DNA of 64,000 bases from Rothia sp. (in: high G+C Gram-positive bacteria) (GCF_030529845.1 NZ_JAUMWB010000002.1); one strand, 5' to 3'; positions 9,729-19,582 are shown, numbered from the stretch's first letter. The notes: generated from the letters alone by a model not told the origin. Program-made: numbers and translations.

Positions 9729-10730
9729 CTAGTAGGCCAGGGAACGGTCAACGGCTTCGAGCAGACGATCGATGCCGGGCACATACTCTTCTTCGACGCG
9801 GGAAACCGGGTAAGGAATATGGTAGCCACCCACACGAATCACGGGGGCCTCAAGGTGATAGAAACAGCTCTCGGTAATAGCAGCAGCCACATCGGAGCCA
9901 ATGCCGCCAAAAGCGGGGGCCTCGTGGGCCACCACAAGACGCCCGGTTTTCTGTACCGAGGCCTCAATGCTGGGCAGATCAAGCGGCGAGAGGGAACGCA
10001 GGTCGAGCACCTCGATGGAGTGGCCGTCCTCTTCAGCAGCCTGGGCCGCTGCCAGGGCAACCGGAACCAGCGGGCCGTAGGTAGCGATAGTGAGGTCGTC
10101 GCCCTCTCGCACCACCTGGGCGGTAAAGGGGTCGAAGTCGGTATCTGAAAAGTTGACTTCGCCCTTCATCCAGTAGCGGCGCTTGGGCTCAAAGTAGATG
10201 ACCGGGTCGGGGTGGGCGATGGCTTTGCGGAGCATCCAGTAGGCGTCGTGGGGGGACGAGGGGGTCACCACGCGCAGGCCCGGGGTATGGGTGAAGAGGG
10301 CCTCGGGTGACTCCGAGTGGTGCTCTACCGAGCCAATCATGCCGCCGTAGGGAATACGGACGGTAACGGGCACCTGATACTGGCCGTGGGTGCGGCCGTG
10401 CATTTTAGAGAGCTGCGAGGTGATCTGGTTGAAGCCGGGGAAGACGAAACCGTCGAACTGGATTTCGGGTACGGGCCGGTAGCCGCGCAGGGCCATGCCG
10501 ATGGAGGTGCCAATAATGCCGGATTCGCCCAGGGGGGTGTCCATGACGCGGGTGGGGCCAAAGGTCTTTTGCAGGCCGTCGGTCACGCGGTAGACGCCAC
10601 CGAGTTTGCCGATGTCTTCACCCAGAGCCAGAACCTTGCGGTTGGTGGTCATTTCATCGTGCAGGGCGCGGGTGACGGCCTTGGCGAGAGTGAGGGTTTC
10701 GGTGCCCTGCTGGGGGTTCTGTTCTGACAT
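9729..10730 (-). CDS. 2-oxoacid dehydrogenase E1 component, beta subunit
   Basis: 333 aa with transketolase-like pyrimidine-binding and C-terminal domains. Sits between the E1 alpha and E2 genes. Confidence 0.9.
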   Translation of the reverse strand: MSEQNPQQGTETLTLAKAVTRALHDEMTTNRKVLALGEDIGKLGGVYRVTDGLQKTFGPTRVMDTPLGESGIIGTSIGMALRGYRPVPEIQFDGFVFPGFNQITSQLSKMHGRTHGQYQVPVTVRIPYGGMIGSVEHHSESPEALFTHTPGLRVVTPSSPHDAYWMLRKAIAHPDPVIYFEPKRRYWMKGEVNFSDTDFDPFTAQVVREGDDLTIATYGPLVPVALAAAQAAEEDGHSIEVLDLRSLSPLDLPSIEASVQKTGRLVVAHEAPAFGGIGSDVAAAITESCFYHLEAPVIRVGGYHIPYPVSRVEEEYVPGIDRLLEAVDRSLAY

Positions 10731-10733
10731 GGG

Positions 10734-11909
10734 TTAGTCCTCCTCGAAGCCGTCGTTGTAGGCGCGGTAGAAAGCACGGTCGTCCTCCACCTGCTGGTGG
10801 GGGGCCGCGTAGGCGCGGTCCAGGTAGGTTTCGAAGGTCTCGGGTTCGCTGGCAAGGACGTAGGAGCGGACGCCCTTCACCTGCTCTTTGGTGTAGGCGG
10901 CGACCTCGTCGAAGAAGGCGTCATCGGCCTGGCCGGTGGAGCGCAGGTAGGCCTCTAGGCGCAGCATGGGATCCAGGGGTTCATAAGTAGCGCCGTGGTC
11001 TTCGGGGCGGTACTTGGTGGGGTCGTCGGCCGTGGTATGGGGGCCCAGGCGGTAGGTTTCAGCCTCGATGAGTACGGGCCCCTCCCCTGCCCTGATTTTG
11101 TCCATGGCGTAGCGGGTGGCGGCATAGACGGCAAGCACGTCGTTGCCGTCCACGCGCAGGCCCTCGAAGCCGTAGCCTGCGGCTCGGGTTGAGATGGGCA
11201 CGCGGGACTGGACGCTAAAGGGCACAGAAATGGCCCAGTGGTTGTTTTGCACGAAGAAGAGGACGGGTGCGTTGTAGCTGGCGGCGAAGACCATGGATTC
11301 GTGCACGTCGCCTTCTGTGGTGGAGCCATCGCCGAAGTAAACCGCTACGGCCGGCTTCTCGGCGTCCTGCCCGGGGTCGGTAGCCTGCCCCTGACCGGTT
11401 TGGGCTTCACCTGTTTCCGCTTCAATCTCGGCGTCAAGATTCAGCCCCATAGCGTAGCCGGTTGCGTGGAGTACCTGGGCGGCCAGTACTAGGGTGTAGG
11501 AGTGCACGTTGTGCTTTTTGGCGTCCCAGCCTAGGGTGCCAGAGCCCCTAAAGAGGGGGGTGATTTCTTCGGGGTTGATACCGCGTTCTAGGAGTACCCC
11601 GTGGTCGCGGTAGGAGGGGAAGATGTAGTCGTTGGAGGCAAGAGCCCGGGCGGACGCCACCTGGGCTGCTTCCTGCCCGCGGGAGGGCACCCAGAGGGCC
11701 AGCTGCCCCTGGCGCTGAAGCGCTGTCATTTCGTCGTCGAAGCGTCGGGTCAGGGCCATGGTGCGGTACATGTCTTTGAGGTCTTCGCCGCTGAGTTCTT
11801 CGGCGTAGGGCGAGAAGCTGGTGTGGGGGGTGGTCTCACCCGCTTCATTCATGAGCTGGATACGCTCTGGCGTTCCCCAGGGGTTAGTGGGGTTTTGCGT
11901 CTGTGACAT
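10734..11909 (-). CDS. 2-oxoacid dehydrogenase E1 component, alpha subunit (TPP-dependent)
   Basis: TPP-binding motif (YFGDGSTTEGDVHE ... FFVQNNHWAIS). First gene of the three-gene operon. Confidence 0.9.
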   Translation of the reverse strand: MSQTQNPTNPWGTPERIQLMNEAGETTPHTSFSPYAEELSGEDLKDMYRTMALTRRFDDEMTALQRQGQLALWVPSRGQEAAQVASARALASNDYIFPSYRDHGVLLERGINPEEITPLFRGSGTLGWDAKKHNVHSYTLVLAAQVLHATGYAMGLNLDAEIEAETGEAQTGQGQATDPGQDAEKPAVAVYFGDGSTTEGDVHESMVFAASYNAPVLFFVQNNHWAISVPFSVQSRVPISTRAAGYGFEGLRVDGNDVLAVYAATRYAMDKIRAGEGPVLIEAETYRLGPHTTADDPTKYRPEDHGATYEPLDPMLRLEAYLRSTGQADDAFFDEVAAYTKEQVKGVRSYVLASEPETFETYLDRAYAAPHQQVEDDRAFYRAYNDGFEED

Positions 11910-12065
11910 GGGGGGGCTCCGGTTGTGCTCTGTTAGTACCTTTTCTTAACCCTACGCCTACTCGGGGGCAGAGAGGGCCTATTTTTAGAATTTTGAGGGA
12001 TTAATTGCAAATAAGTTGATAGGTGGGCGGGGATAGTCCCCACCCACACTATTCTCCACCCCCCC

Positions 12066-13211
12066 TTAGAGGGGCTGGGTGGTGCGTTCTTCGAATTCCG
12101 CGGCGATCTTGAGCAGGCGGGCATTGGCCTCGTCCTCACCGATGCTCACACGCACGCCTTCACCGGCGAAAGCACGCACGGACAGGGCGTTGGCTTCTGC
12201 CAGGGCAGCGAAGGCTGCCGAGTGCTCGCCCAGGGGCAGCCAGACAAAGTTAGCGCGAGTTTCGGGCACCCAGTAGCCCAGCTCCTGGAGCCCGACAACG
12301 ACCTTTTCACGCTCAGCCACCAGGTGCTCCACGCGCTCCATAACCTCATCGTTATGGTCAAGGGAGGCCACGGCGGCCTTTTCGGCCAGGGCGCTCACGG
12401 CAAAGGGGGTCGCACCTACGCGCAGGTGGGCGGTGACCTCCGGGTGGGTGATGGAGTAGCCCACGCGCAGGCCAGCCAGACCCTGAGCCTTGGAGAAGGT
12501 GCGCAGAATAGCGACGTTGGGGTAGTCGGGGTAGACGTCCAGACCGTTGACGGGAGGCTCTTGCCCCTCGGGAATGTCGGAGGCAGCGCAGAATTCGAAG
12601 TAGGCCTCATCGATGACCACCAGCACGTCGTTAGGCACCTTAGCCAGGAAGTTGCGCACCTGCGACTCGGTGACGGCGGGGCCGGTAGGGTTGTTGGGGG
12701 TACAGATGAGGATGACGCGGGTCTGGTCGGTGACGGCAGCTGCCATGGCATCCAGGTCGTGGGCACCGTTGGGCAGGTTTGGCACCTGCACGCTCTTAGC
12801 GCCCGCTAAACCCACACAGATGGGGTAGGCCTCGAAGGAACGCCAGGCATAAATTACTTCATCCTGCACACCATCGGCATGAGTTCCAGCAAAGGTGGTC
12901 AGAATCTGGGTCAGAGCGCCCAGACTGCCTGCACCGGTGACGATGTCGCTAGGATTAACCCCCAAGTGCTCCCCCAGGGAGGTGCGCAGGGCGGTGGAAA
13001 GCGGGTCGGGGTAGCGGTGAACGGTATCGAAGTCAGCCAGGATCTGGGCTACCGAGGCAACTGGCCCGAAGGGGTTCTCGTTGGATGAGAGCTTATACTG
13101 GGCGAGCCCCTCAACCGGCACCGGGGGTTTACCGGCAGAGTATTTGGGAAGCTGGTTGAAGACCGGGCGGGGGTGCAGCCCGGAACGCTGTGAACTTATC
13201 ATGCCATCCAT
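12066..13211 (-). CDS. histidinol-phosphate/aromatic aminotransferase (HisC family, class II PLP)
   Basis: SSNENPFGP motif and PLP-lysine region (RTFSKAQGLAGLRVGY). The start is moved to the internal ATG (13211, or 13202) because the longer ORF would run into the tRNA-Thr gene. Confidence 0.8.
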   Translation of the reverse strand: MDGMISSQRSGLHPRPVFNQLPKYSAGKPPVPVEGLAQYKLSSNENPFGPVASVAQILADFDTVHRYPDPLSTALRTSLGEHLGVNPSDIVTGAGSLGALTQILTTFAGTHADGVQDEVIYAWRSFEAYPICVGLAGAKSVQVPNLPNGAHDLDAMAAAVTDQTRVILICTPNNPTGPAVTESQVRNFLAKVPNDVLVVIDEAYFEFCAASDIPEGQEPPVNGLDVYPDYPNVAILRTFSKAQGLAGLRVGYSITHPEVTAHLRVGATPFAVSALAEKAAVASLDHNDEVMERVEHLVAEREKVVVGLQELGYWVPETRANFVWLPLGEHSAAFAALAEANALSVRAFAGEGVRVSIGEDEANARLLKIAAEFEERTTQPL

Positions 13212-13347
13212 TCTAGTGTTGCAGGCCACAAAATCTAGGGTTGGGAGTACCGCTCTTTTGGTCAGCGGTGCAGGCAACCGGTGGTTGAGGCCCTCTCTTT
13301 CTGGTAAAGTTTTCTTTCGTTCGCCCCTCTTCCAGGGGTTAGAGCAG

Positions 13348-13422
13348 GCCTCCATAGCTCAGGGGTAGAGCATTTCCCTCGTAAAGAAAAGGTCGTCGGT
13401 TCAAATCCGACTGGGGGCTCCA
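13348..13422 (+). tRNA. tRNA-Thr (anticodon CGT)
   Basis: Folded by hand. Acceptor GCCTCCA/TGGGGGC, D arm GCTC..GAGC, anticodon loop CTCGTAA, T arm GTCGG TTCAAAT CCGAC; CCA is encoded. Confidence 0.9.
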
Positions 13423-13430
13423 TCAACAAA

Positions 13431-13476
13431 ATCTCGCGGCCCGCACCGGTTCAGGTGCGGGCCGCGAGATTTTTTG
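13431..13476 (+). terminator. rho-independent terminator after tRNA-Thr
   Basis: 17-bp perfect stem atctcgcggcccgcacc / ggtgcgggccgcgagat followed by TTTTTT. Confidence 0.75.
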
Positions 13477-13544
13477 TTGTCTATAGACCATCCGTGCGGA
13501 CGCGTCCGTCCGCTTCCGGCGACACCCGAGCCTGCACGGGTGGG

Positions 13545-13781
13545 CTAGCCTTCGTCCAGGTGGTTTTCGGCCCCGTACCCGATGAGGTAGGCCCAAATCC
13601 AGGCGGTGATAACCGCCAAGAAAGGGACCACCAGCAGGTGGGTGTCGTTGGCAAAGAGCCAGCGATAGAAGCCCCAGAGAGCCAGCGAGGGTACAAGGAG
13701 CAGGGCAAAGAGCAGCAAGAAACCGCGGGAGAAGCCGCCGCTGGGCGTCCTGCGCGTTTGAAAACCAAGATAATTCTTCAC
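13545..13781 (-). CDS. small hypothetical membrane protein (2 TM)
   Basis: 78 aa with two hydrophobic helices. Lies just upstream of, and co-oriented with, nothing recognisable. Competing overlapping ORFs are Pro/Arg-rich shadow frames. Confidence 0.45.
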   Translation of the reverse strand: MKNYLGFQTRRTPSGGFSRGFLLLFALLLVPSLALWGFYRWLFANDTHLLVVPFLAVITAWIWAYLIGYGAENHLDEG

Positions 13782-13816
13782 GCAGCCTATCCTATCGCTG
13801 TCACCTGGGAGTTCTT

Positions 13817-14668
13817 CTAGCTACGCCACAGGCCGTAGGTCTTGGCCAGGGATGAGACCTTGCGGGCGCGGGCCAGACGGGGCAGGTAGGAGCCGTCCTT
13901 GGGCACAGAGTCCCCCTCGCTCTTCTGTAGTAGCTCGCGGGCCCACTCGATTTCATCGGCACTGGGAGCCAGGCCAACGTTGATGGTTTCGGTCTGGCCG
14001 GGGTCGAGGGTGAGCTTGCCGGTCATGCCGTGGCTGGTGGTCACCGCGCAGTCCTTGAGCAGATCCCCGCCGTGCTTGCCCACGGAGGGGCCATCAATGG
14101 GGCCAGCTAGACCGCCAACGCGTGAGGCCAGCACCAGCTGCGAGCGCGCATAAGCCAGGGCGATGGGGTCGGCGGAGACGCCGGTGTCGCGGCGGTAGTC
14201 GCCTACACCGAAGGCTAGACGGAAGGTACCGGGGGCCTTGGCAATGCGCACCACATTGACCATGCCCAGGGCGGTTTCGATCAGGGCAATGACGGGGGTA
14301 CCAGCAGGGAGCATCATGGCGGTGCGGGTGACGTGGTCGGGGTGTTCGGTCATGGCTAGCATGACACCTTTGAGCCCGGTTGCCCGGTTGAGGGCTTCAA
14401 GGTCTTTAGCCCAGTGGTTACTTTCAATGCCGTTGATACGTACCCAGGCTGAGGCGCCCTGGTTGAGCATCTCGATAGTGTGCTCGCGGGCTTCGTCCTT
14501 CTGCTCTTCGGGGCAGCCGTCCTCTAGGTCGATGATGACCGAGTCAGCTTCAGATTCTAGGGCTGCGGCGATGGTTTCTTCGCTGGCGGCGGCTGATACT
14601 AGTAACCAGGAGCGGGAGAGACGGGCGGGCAGGGATGCGGCGCGTTCGTTGCGGTGAAAGTTAATCAC
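13817..14668 (-). CDS. HpcH/HpaI aldolase / citrate-lyase beta (CitE)-like CoA-ester lyase
   Basis: 283 aa. IIDLEDGCP motif and overall CitE-like layout. GTG start. Confidence 0.75.
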   Translation of the reverse strand: MINFHRNERAASLPARLSRSWLLVSAAASEETIAAALESEADSVIIDLEDGCPEEQKDEAREHTIEMLNQGASAWVRINGIESNHWAKDLEALNRATGLKGVMLAMTEHPDHVTRTAMMLPAGTPVIALIETALGMVNVVRIAKAPGTFRLAFGVGDYRRDTGVSADPIALAYARSQLVLASRVGGLAGPIDGPSVGKHGGDLLKDCAVTTSHGMTGKLTLDPGQTETINVGLAPSADEIEWARELLQKSEGDSVPKDGSYLPRLARARKVSSLAKTYGLWRS

Positions 14669-14766
14669 GGGTGTGTCCTTGTAAAGGTTATTTTGACCTC
14701 TTCAAGTTTACCCTGCCCACCGGGGCCCGGGAGGGCTGTCTCTCTGGGTAAAACCTAGGCTCCCGG

Positions 14767-14897
14767 TCAGGCCTGGAGTCGGCCGTCAACCATGTGTTCT
14801 ACCCGGTGGGTGAGCTGGATCTGTTCGAGGTCGTGGGTGATCATGAGGGTTGCGGTCTTGAACTCGGCGGTGATGTTGGCCAGGAGCTCGACGATGG
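14767..14897 (-). pseudogene. C-terminal fragment of an ABC-transporter ATP-binding protein
   Basis: Hand translation of the minus strand gives PIVELLANITAEFKTATLMITHDLEQIQLTHRVEHMVDGRLQA-stop. This is the typical post-D-loop/H-loop end of an ABC ATPase. It is preceded in frame by a stop, and Walker A, signature and Walker B are absent. Confidence 0.6.
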
Positions 14898-15421
14898 GTC
14901 AGCTGCGCTCGCCGTAGCCGCCGACCAGGCACGGTCTGGGGCGGCGCTAGATGTGGTGGTCATGGATATTCAGATGAAACCCATGGGCGGGCGGCATCGA
15001 GGCGACCCGGGCTTTTAAGGCTGCGGGTGGGCCGCCGGTGCTGATTTTGACGACCTTTGATACCCAGGGCGATATTGTTGCGGCTATTGAGGCTGGAGCC
15101 CTGGGCTACCTACTCAAGGACGCCCCACCCGAGCAGGTGCAGGCGGCGGTGCTGGCGACGGCACGGGGTGAGCGGACGCTCTCGCCCGAGATCACCGCGG
15201 CCCTGATCGAGCGCATGCAGCGGCCAGCTATTTCCCTATCGGCCCGGGAGATGGAACTACTGAAACTACTGGCCACCGGAGCCACCAATAAAGAGCTGGC
15301 TGAGGCCCTTTTCATTTCTCAGGCTACGGTCAAGACCCACCTGGTGCATATTTACACCAAGCTGGGGGTTGATAACCGCACGGCAGCGATTGCGGCAGCC
15401 CGCCGCGAGGGGCTGCTCTAG
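14898..15421 (+). pseudogene. NarL/LuxR-family response regulator, 5'-truncated and frameshifted
   Basis: One frame reads ..AALDVVVMDIQMKPMGG. A second frame continues GGIEATRAFKAAGGPPVLILTTFD... to a complete LuxR HTH (ORF 15038..15421). The frames switch near 14985-14995, where gggc occurs twice in tandem. The N-terminal acidic pocket of the receiver is missing. Confidence 0.7.
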
Positions 15422-15428
15422 CTCTTCT

Positions 15429-16595
15429 CTAGCTCTTGGTTCCCGTGGGGCCGGGAGTATCGGCGGCTGTAGCCTGCTTCTTCCAGCTTGCCCCGAAGTA
15501 GCGGTCTTTAAAACGCATAACCGGCACCTCAACCACCAGGTACATAGCTACGCCGGCGGCAATACCCAGCGGGGCCAGCAGGGCAACCTGGGCCAGAGTC
15601 GGCAGCCCGTGCAGGTGGGGTTCCAGGGCCTTGAAAAGCACATCGTGCACCAGGTAAATGCTGTAGCTCGACAGGCCAATGAGCTGTAAGGGTCGCCAAG
15701 CCAGAAGGTGATGCACCGTAGCGCCCAGTGGCTGGCGCGAAGCAACCAGACCCCAGAGCATCACAGCCGACGCCGCCCAAGCCTGGAGCGAATAGCGCAC
15801 CGTATCGCGGAAGGTCTCATCACGGATGACCAGGGTCAGCAGGTAAACCCCCAGGGCGACGAAAAGCACCCAGTTGCGCCCTAGAAGTGGGATGGTGCGT
15901 CCGCCCTGAATCAGGGCCCCAGACCGGTAGCGACGCCCGGTGACCTCGCGCCCCAACACCATCTCGTCCGCTGCGTAGCGGTGGTACCAGAGGGCTGTGA
16001 GCATACCGATGGCGATAGCTTCCATGCGAGTATCGGTGCCGAAGTAGATGCGATCGGTGCTAGCCCCCGCATCATGTAGAACCCAGCGGGAGAGCGACGA
16101 GTAGAGCACCACGGCCACACCCAGCACAGTCAGGGCCCGCCGGTAGGCAGTCCAGCGCACCAGCACCAGCCAAATCAGGGCAAAGACCAGGTAAAACTGC
16201 TCTTCAATCGACAGGGACCACATCACGTGCGTACCCGGCAGCACGGTAATCTGCGAGTCCAGGTAGCGCAGGTTAAAGAAGAAGAAGACCTGTCCCAGAA
16301 AGTCCAGGGTATCGACGGCTCCACCCATCGACCGGTACACCAGCGTGGGTAGCACAATCGCCAGAATCAGAGGCGGGGCAATTTTGAGCAGGCGTCGGAT
16401 ATAGAAGCCCGGAACATCAAACCCGCCGGTCTTATCGCGCTCCCGCAGCAGCAGGTAGGTGATGATGAAACCGGAGATAGCAAAGAAAATCGTCACACCC
16501 GACCCGCCCGGCACAAAAGTAAGCCCAGCGTGGGAAAACACCACCAGAAGCACCGCAAAAGCGCGCATTGCATCAATGTGGGCGTAGCGGTTCAT
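15429..16595 (-). CDS. membrane acyltransferase (acyltransferase family 3)
   Basis: 388 aa, about 10 TM helices. N-terminal HIDAMRAFAVLLVVFSH motif is characteristic of Acyl_transf_3. Confidence 0.8.
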   Translation of the reverse strand: MNRYAHIDAMRAFAVLLVVFSHAGLTFVPGGSGVTIFFAISGFIITYLLLRERDKTGGFDVPGFYIRRLLKIAPPLILAIVLPTLVYRSMGGAVDTLDFLGQVFFFFNLRYLDSQITVLPGTHVMWSLSIEEQFYLVFALIWLVLVRWTAYRRALTVLGVAVVLYSSLSRWVLHDAGASTDRIYFGTDTRMEAIAIGMLTALWYHRYAADEMVLGREVTGRRYRSGALIQGGRTIPLLGRNWVLFVALGVYLLTLVIRDETFRDTVRYSLQAWAASAVMLWGLVASRQPLGATVHHLLAWRPLQLIGLSSYSIYLVHDVLFKALEPHLHGLPTLAQVALLAPLGIAAGVAMYLVVEVPVMRFKDRYFGASWKKQATAADTPGPTGTKS

Positions 16596-16767
16596 GGCGT
16601 AGAAGTCCCCTCTGGTTCAGGTGCGGTGTATGGCTGTGCGCATAGTGTTGCGGCGCCCTTGTGCCCTGAGAAAGTGCGAACGGGCACCCAACTACCTTAC
16701 CGGCTCGTCACCGCACCGGGCAGGCGCTTTTTGGGGGATAGCTACGCGATATAGATGACAGAATTTG

Positions 16768-17268
16768 TCAGGACGCCGGGGTCAAGCTTTCCTGCCGGGC
16801 GGCTTCGAGACGAGCTTCGGCGTCCGCAACGTGCTGCTCTACCGTCTCAACCCGGCGGGCGATGGTGGTGGTGCGGGTGCAGCCGCTGGTGCAGTCACCG
16901 GCGCAACGGGTCATAGCCAGGGCTTCGGCGCAGAGGGCCAGGGAGTTACCGGCCTTAGAGAGAGCCCGGTGCAGGTCGGAGTAGACGCCAGAGGGCGAAG
17001 CGGGGATGTCGCTTGATGCGCTGGGAGCTAAACGCTGGGCCTCGCTAGCGACAGAGCGGACGCGCGGCAGCAGGTCAGCAAGGTCGTTGGCCAGGGGCAC
17101 AAGCTCTTCGAGGGTGGGCCCGGCGGGGACGCGTTCGAGAATCTGGTGGAAACGGTCCAGGCCGCGTACGAAGCGGTCGTGGGCGCGGCGCCAGAGGCCT
17201 TTGCCAAGCTCGGCGTCGTCCCTGCGGCTCTGCAGGAAGTCTTTGATACCCACGGCTACTCCTTTCAC
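16768..17268 (-). CDS. hypothetical protein (helical, Cys-rich patch CAGDCTSGC)
   Basis: 166-aa ORF with normal-looking composition. No family recognised. Confidence 0.5.
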   Translation of the reverse strand: MKGVAVGIKDFLQSRRDDAELGKGLWRRAHDRFVRGLDRFHQILERVPAGPTLEELVPLANDLADLLPRVRSVASEAQRLAPSASSDIPASPSGVYSDLHRALSKAGNSLALCAEALAMTRCAGDCTSGCTRTTTIARRVETVEQHVADAEARLEAARQESLTPAS

Positions 17269-17416
17269 GAGGTCTACATACTTAGGTTACCCTAACATCC
17301 ACCCCCTCGGTGAAAGGTACCACCGTGCTCAAAAATACCCAGCTAGTTCGTGGGTATTTTCCACTGAGGTGGCACCTACCCAATCAGTGGGCAGGCGCGC
17401 AGACGCCCGCCCCCCC

Positions 17417-18409
17417 CTAGGGAATCAGCAAAATTTTGCCGCGGTGCTCCCCGGATTCTAAATGGGCGTGGGCTTCTGATGCGCGGTCAAGCGGGAAGAC
17501 AGCACTCGTGTGGATTGAAATTTCCCCGCTTTCAATCAGCGGCCACACCACCTGACCCACACCCTCCACGATGCGGGCCTTATCAGCAGCCGACCGCGAG
17601 CGCAGGGAGGTGGCGTGCACGCTCAAGCGGCGCGGGAGCATATAGCCCAGGTTAAGCTGCCCCTTGGGGCCACCCTGCAGGCCAATGACGGCCATAGAAC
17701 CATCGACCGCCAGGGTTTTAATGTTCTCTTCTAGGTAGGCACCGCCGACGACATCCAGAATGTAATCCACCCCGCGTCCGTCCGTCAGCTGGCGTGCGGC
17801 CTCGCGGAAGTCCTGGGTGCGATAGTTGATAGCCTCAGCACCCAGGGCTCGAATGAAGTCGCACTTTTCGTCGCTACCGCCGGTGGCAAGGACCTGTAAG
17901 CCCAACCCCCGGGCTAGCTCAATAGCGTGGGTGCCAATACCTCCGGTACCGCCATGAATGAGCAGAGTCTTGCCGTCATTATCCTCAGGCGCAATAGATA
18001 CCCCCAGGGTGAGCACCAGATTGGAGTAGACCGTTGCAGCCACCTCGATAAGCCCGGCAGCATCTTGCAGGCTAACCCCCTCGGGCACCGGTAGGGTATG
18101 GTTCAGGTCAACAGCCACATACTCGGCATAGCCACCACCGGCCAGCAGGGCAACACGCTCTAGGTTTAGGTAGCCTTCATCAACCCCCTCCCCCACAGCC
18201 TCCACTGTGCCGGAAACTTCTAGCCCGTAGACGGAGCTAGCCCCAGGGGGCGGAGGGTAAAAGCCCTGCCGCTGGGAGACGTCCGCCCGGTTAACCCCGC
18301 TGGCGGCCACCCGCAAAAGCACCTGACCTACGCCAGGCCTTGGCGTGGGTTGCTCACTCACGACTAGCACCTGGGGGTTACCGTGTTCTTTTTCAAGAAT
18401 GGCGCGCAT
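17417..18409 (-). CDS. NADPH:quinone oxidoreductase / zinc-type alcohol dehydrogenase superfamily (MDR)
   Basis: 330 aa. GVNRADV motif, Rossmann segment LIHGGTGGIGTHAIELA and a C-terminal GKILL ending, all typical of Qor-like MDRs. Confidence 0.85.
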   Translation of the reverse strand: MRAILEKEHGNPQVLVVSEQPTPRPGVGQVLLRVAASGVNRADVSQRQGFYPPPPGASSVYGLEVSGTVEAVGEGVDEGYLNLERVALLAGGGYAEYVAVDLNHTLPVPEGVSLQDAAGLIEVAATVYSNLVLTLGVSIAPEDNDGKTLLIHGGTGGIGTHAIELARGLGLQVLATGGSDEKCDFIRALGAEAINYRTQDFREAARQLTDGRGVDYILDVVGGAYLEENIKTLAVDGSMAVIGLQGGPKGQLNLGYMLPRRLSVHATSLRSRSAADKARIVEGVGQVVWPLIESGEISIHTSAVFPLDRASEAHAHLESGEHRGKILLIP

Positions 18410-18575
18410 GGGTTAGCTCCTTCTCTCACAGGTTTTTCTGCCCCTACCAGGCAGAGAGGCGGACGGTCGGTTACGCCCCACCCCTCCTCAGCCTAACGAG
18501 AGCAAGGGCACAAAAGCCACTATTTTGCTTTGAGGTGGTAACTGTGTAACATGGTATGAGTGCTCAGCACAGTTT

Positions 18576-18666
18576 GGATGGTTGTCCGAGCGGCCGAAGG
18601 AGCTGGTCTTGAAAACCAGTAGGCGGCAACCCCGTCTCGTGGGTTCAAATCCCACACCATCCGCCA
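18576..18666 (+). tRNA. tRNA-Ser (anticodon TGA)
   Basis: Acceptor GGATGGT/ACCATCC, anticodon stem CTGGT/ACCAG with loop CTTGAAA, long variable arm, T arm GTGGG TTCAAAT CCCAC; CCA is encoded. Confidence 0.9.
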
Positions 18667-18669
18667 AGA

Positions 18670-18700
18670 AAGCCCGCTTCCGTAAGGGAGCGGGCTTTTT
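18670..18700 (+). terminator. rho-independent terminator after tRNA-Ser(TGA)
   Basis: Stem aagcccgct / agcgggctt followed by TTTTT. Confidence 0.65.
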
Positions 18701-18775
18701 CATGCCCAGATTCGGGCATAAAACGGGGGCAGGTATTTAACCTGCCCCCCGTTCTCTCAGCAAGAAACTCTGACG

Positions 18776-19162
18776 CTAGTAGGTAGAAGATGTACCAGCA
18801 GCGCTGACCAGAACAACGATAAAGACAATGTAGGCGATGATAAACAGCAGGGAGAGGATGCCCAGAACTAGGCCGATCCAACCGGTGACCTTACCGACGG
18901 TTGCCTCAGCCCCGTAGGATTCAGCCTTGCGGACCTGGGACAGGGCAAGGGGGCCAAAAACCACACCGAGGCCCGCAATCACGATGGACAGAATGCCGAA
19001 AATCATGGCGTTCTGGGCATGCTTCTGCCCTTCAGGATTTACAGCAACCTGGCTGTAGGGCTGGTTATAGCTCTGAGCATACGACTGCCCGTTCGATGCA
19101 TTGTAGGAGCCGTAGTCCTGCCCTGACCTCTGGGGATCCTGCTGGTTGTAAGATTCTGACAT
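18776..19162 (-). CDS. small membrane protein with Gln/Tyr/Ser-rich N-terminus (DUF4190-like layout)
   Basis: 128 aa. A low-complexity QSY-rich head is followed by two TM helices separated by a short basic loop. The family name is from memory only. Confidence 0.55.
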   Translation of the reverse strand: MSESYNQQDPQRSGQDYGSYNASNGQSYAQSYNQPYSQVAVNPEGQKHAQNAMIFGILSIVIAGLGVVFGPLALSQVRKAESYGAEATVGKVTGWIGLVLGILSLLFIIAYIVFIVVLVSAAGTSSTY

Positions 19163-19342
19163 GCCTATTCCTTACGGATGTGTGGTGGACGCTACTATAC
19201 CTAATAGTCTATCAAGCAAGGCCCAACGACCTCCGCAGTAAATACTTTCATCGCACGAGAGTTTTGACCACCGCTACTTTTGTCGCTAGTATGGGTAGAG
19301 CTGTGTTGCTAGGCCACGTTGACGAGCCTCTACACAGACTAT

Positions 19343-19434
19343 GGAGACGTGCCAGAGCGGCCGAATGGACTTCACTGCTAATGAAGGGTCGGGGTTAAAC
19401 TCGACCGGGGGTTCAAATCCCCCCGTCTCCGCCA
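19343..19434 (+). tRNA. tRNA-Ser (anticodon GCT)
   Basis: Acceptor GGAGACG/CGTCTCC, anticodon stem CTTCA/TGAAG with loop CTGCTAA, long variable arm, T arm GGGGG TTCAAAT CCCCC; CCA is encoded. Confidence 0.9.
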
Positions 19435-19435
19435 C

Positions 19436-19469
19436 AAAACCCCGGTTGATTTGCTCAACCGGGGTTTTT
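19436..19469 (+). terminator. rho-independent terminator after tRNA-Ser(GCT)
   Basis: Stem aaaaccccggttga / tcaaccggggtttt followed by a T-run. Confidence 0.7.
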
Positions 19470-19582
19470 CTGTGCCCTCTTAGAAACTCACCAGGTAGGT
19501 GGGCCGCTCGCCACCCTGTGTGGCGATACCGCCGCACATGGCAACCAGCAGCACAGGCGCGGACGCCCACAGGCAGCGTCCG

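Noticed and set aside
13212-13355. N-terminal extension of the aminotransferase ORF (start at 13355)
   Set aside because: The extension would overlap the tRNA-Thr gene (13348..13422) and adds non-homologous residues. An internal ATG gives a normal HisC-type N-terminus.
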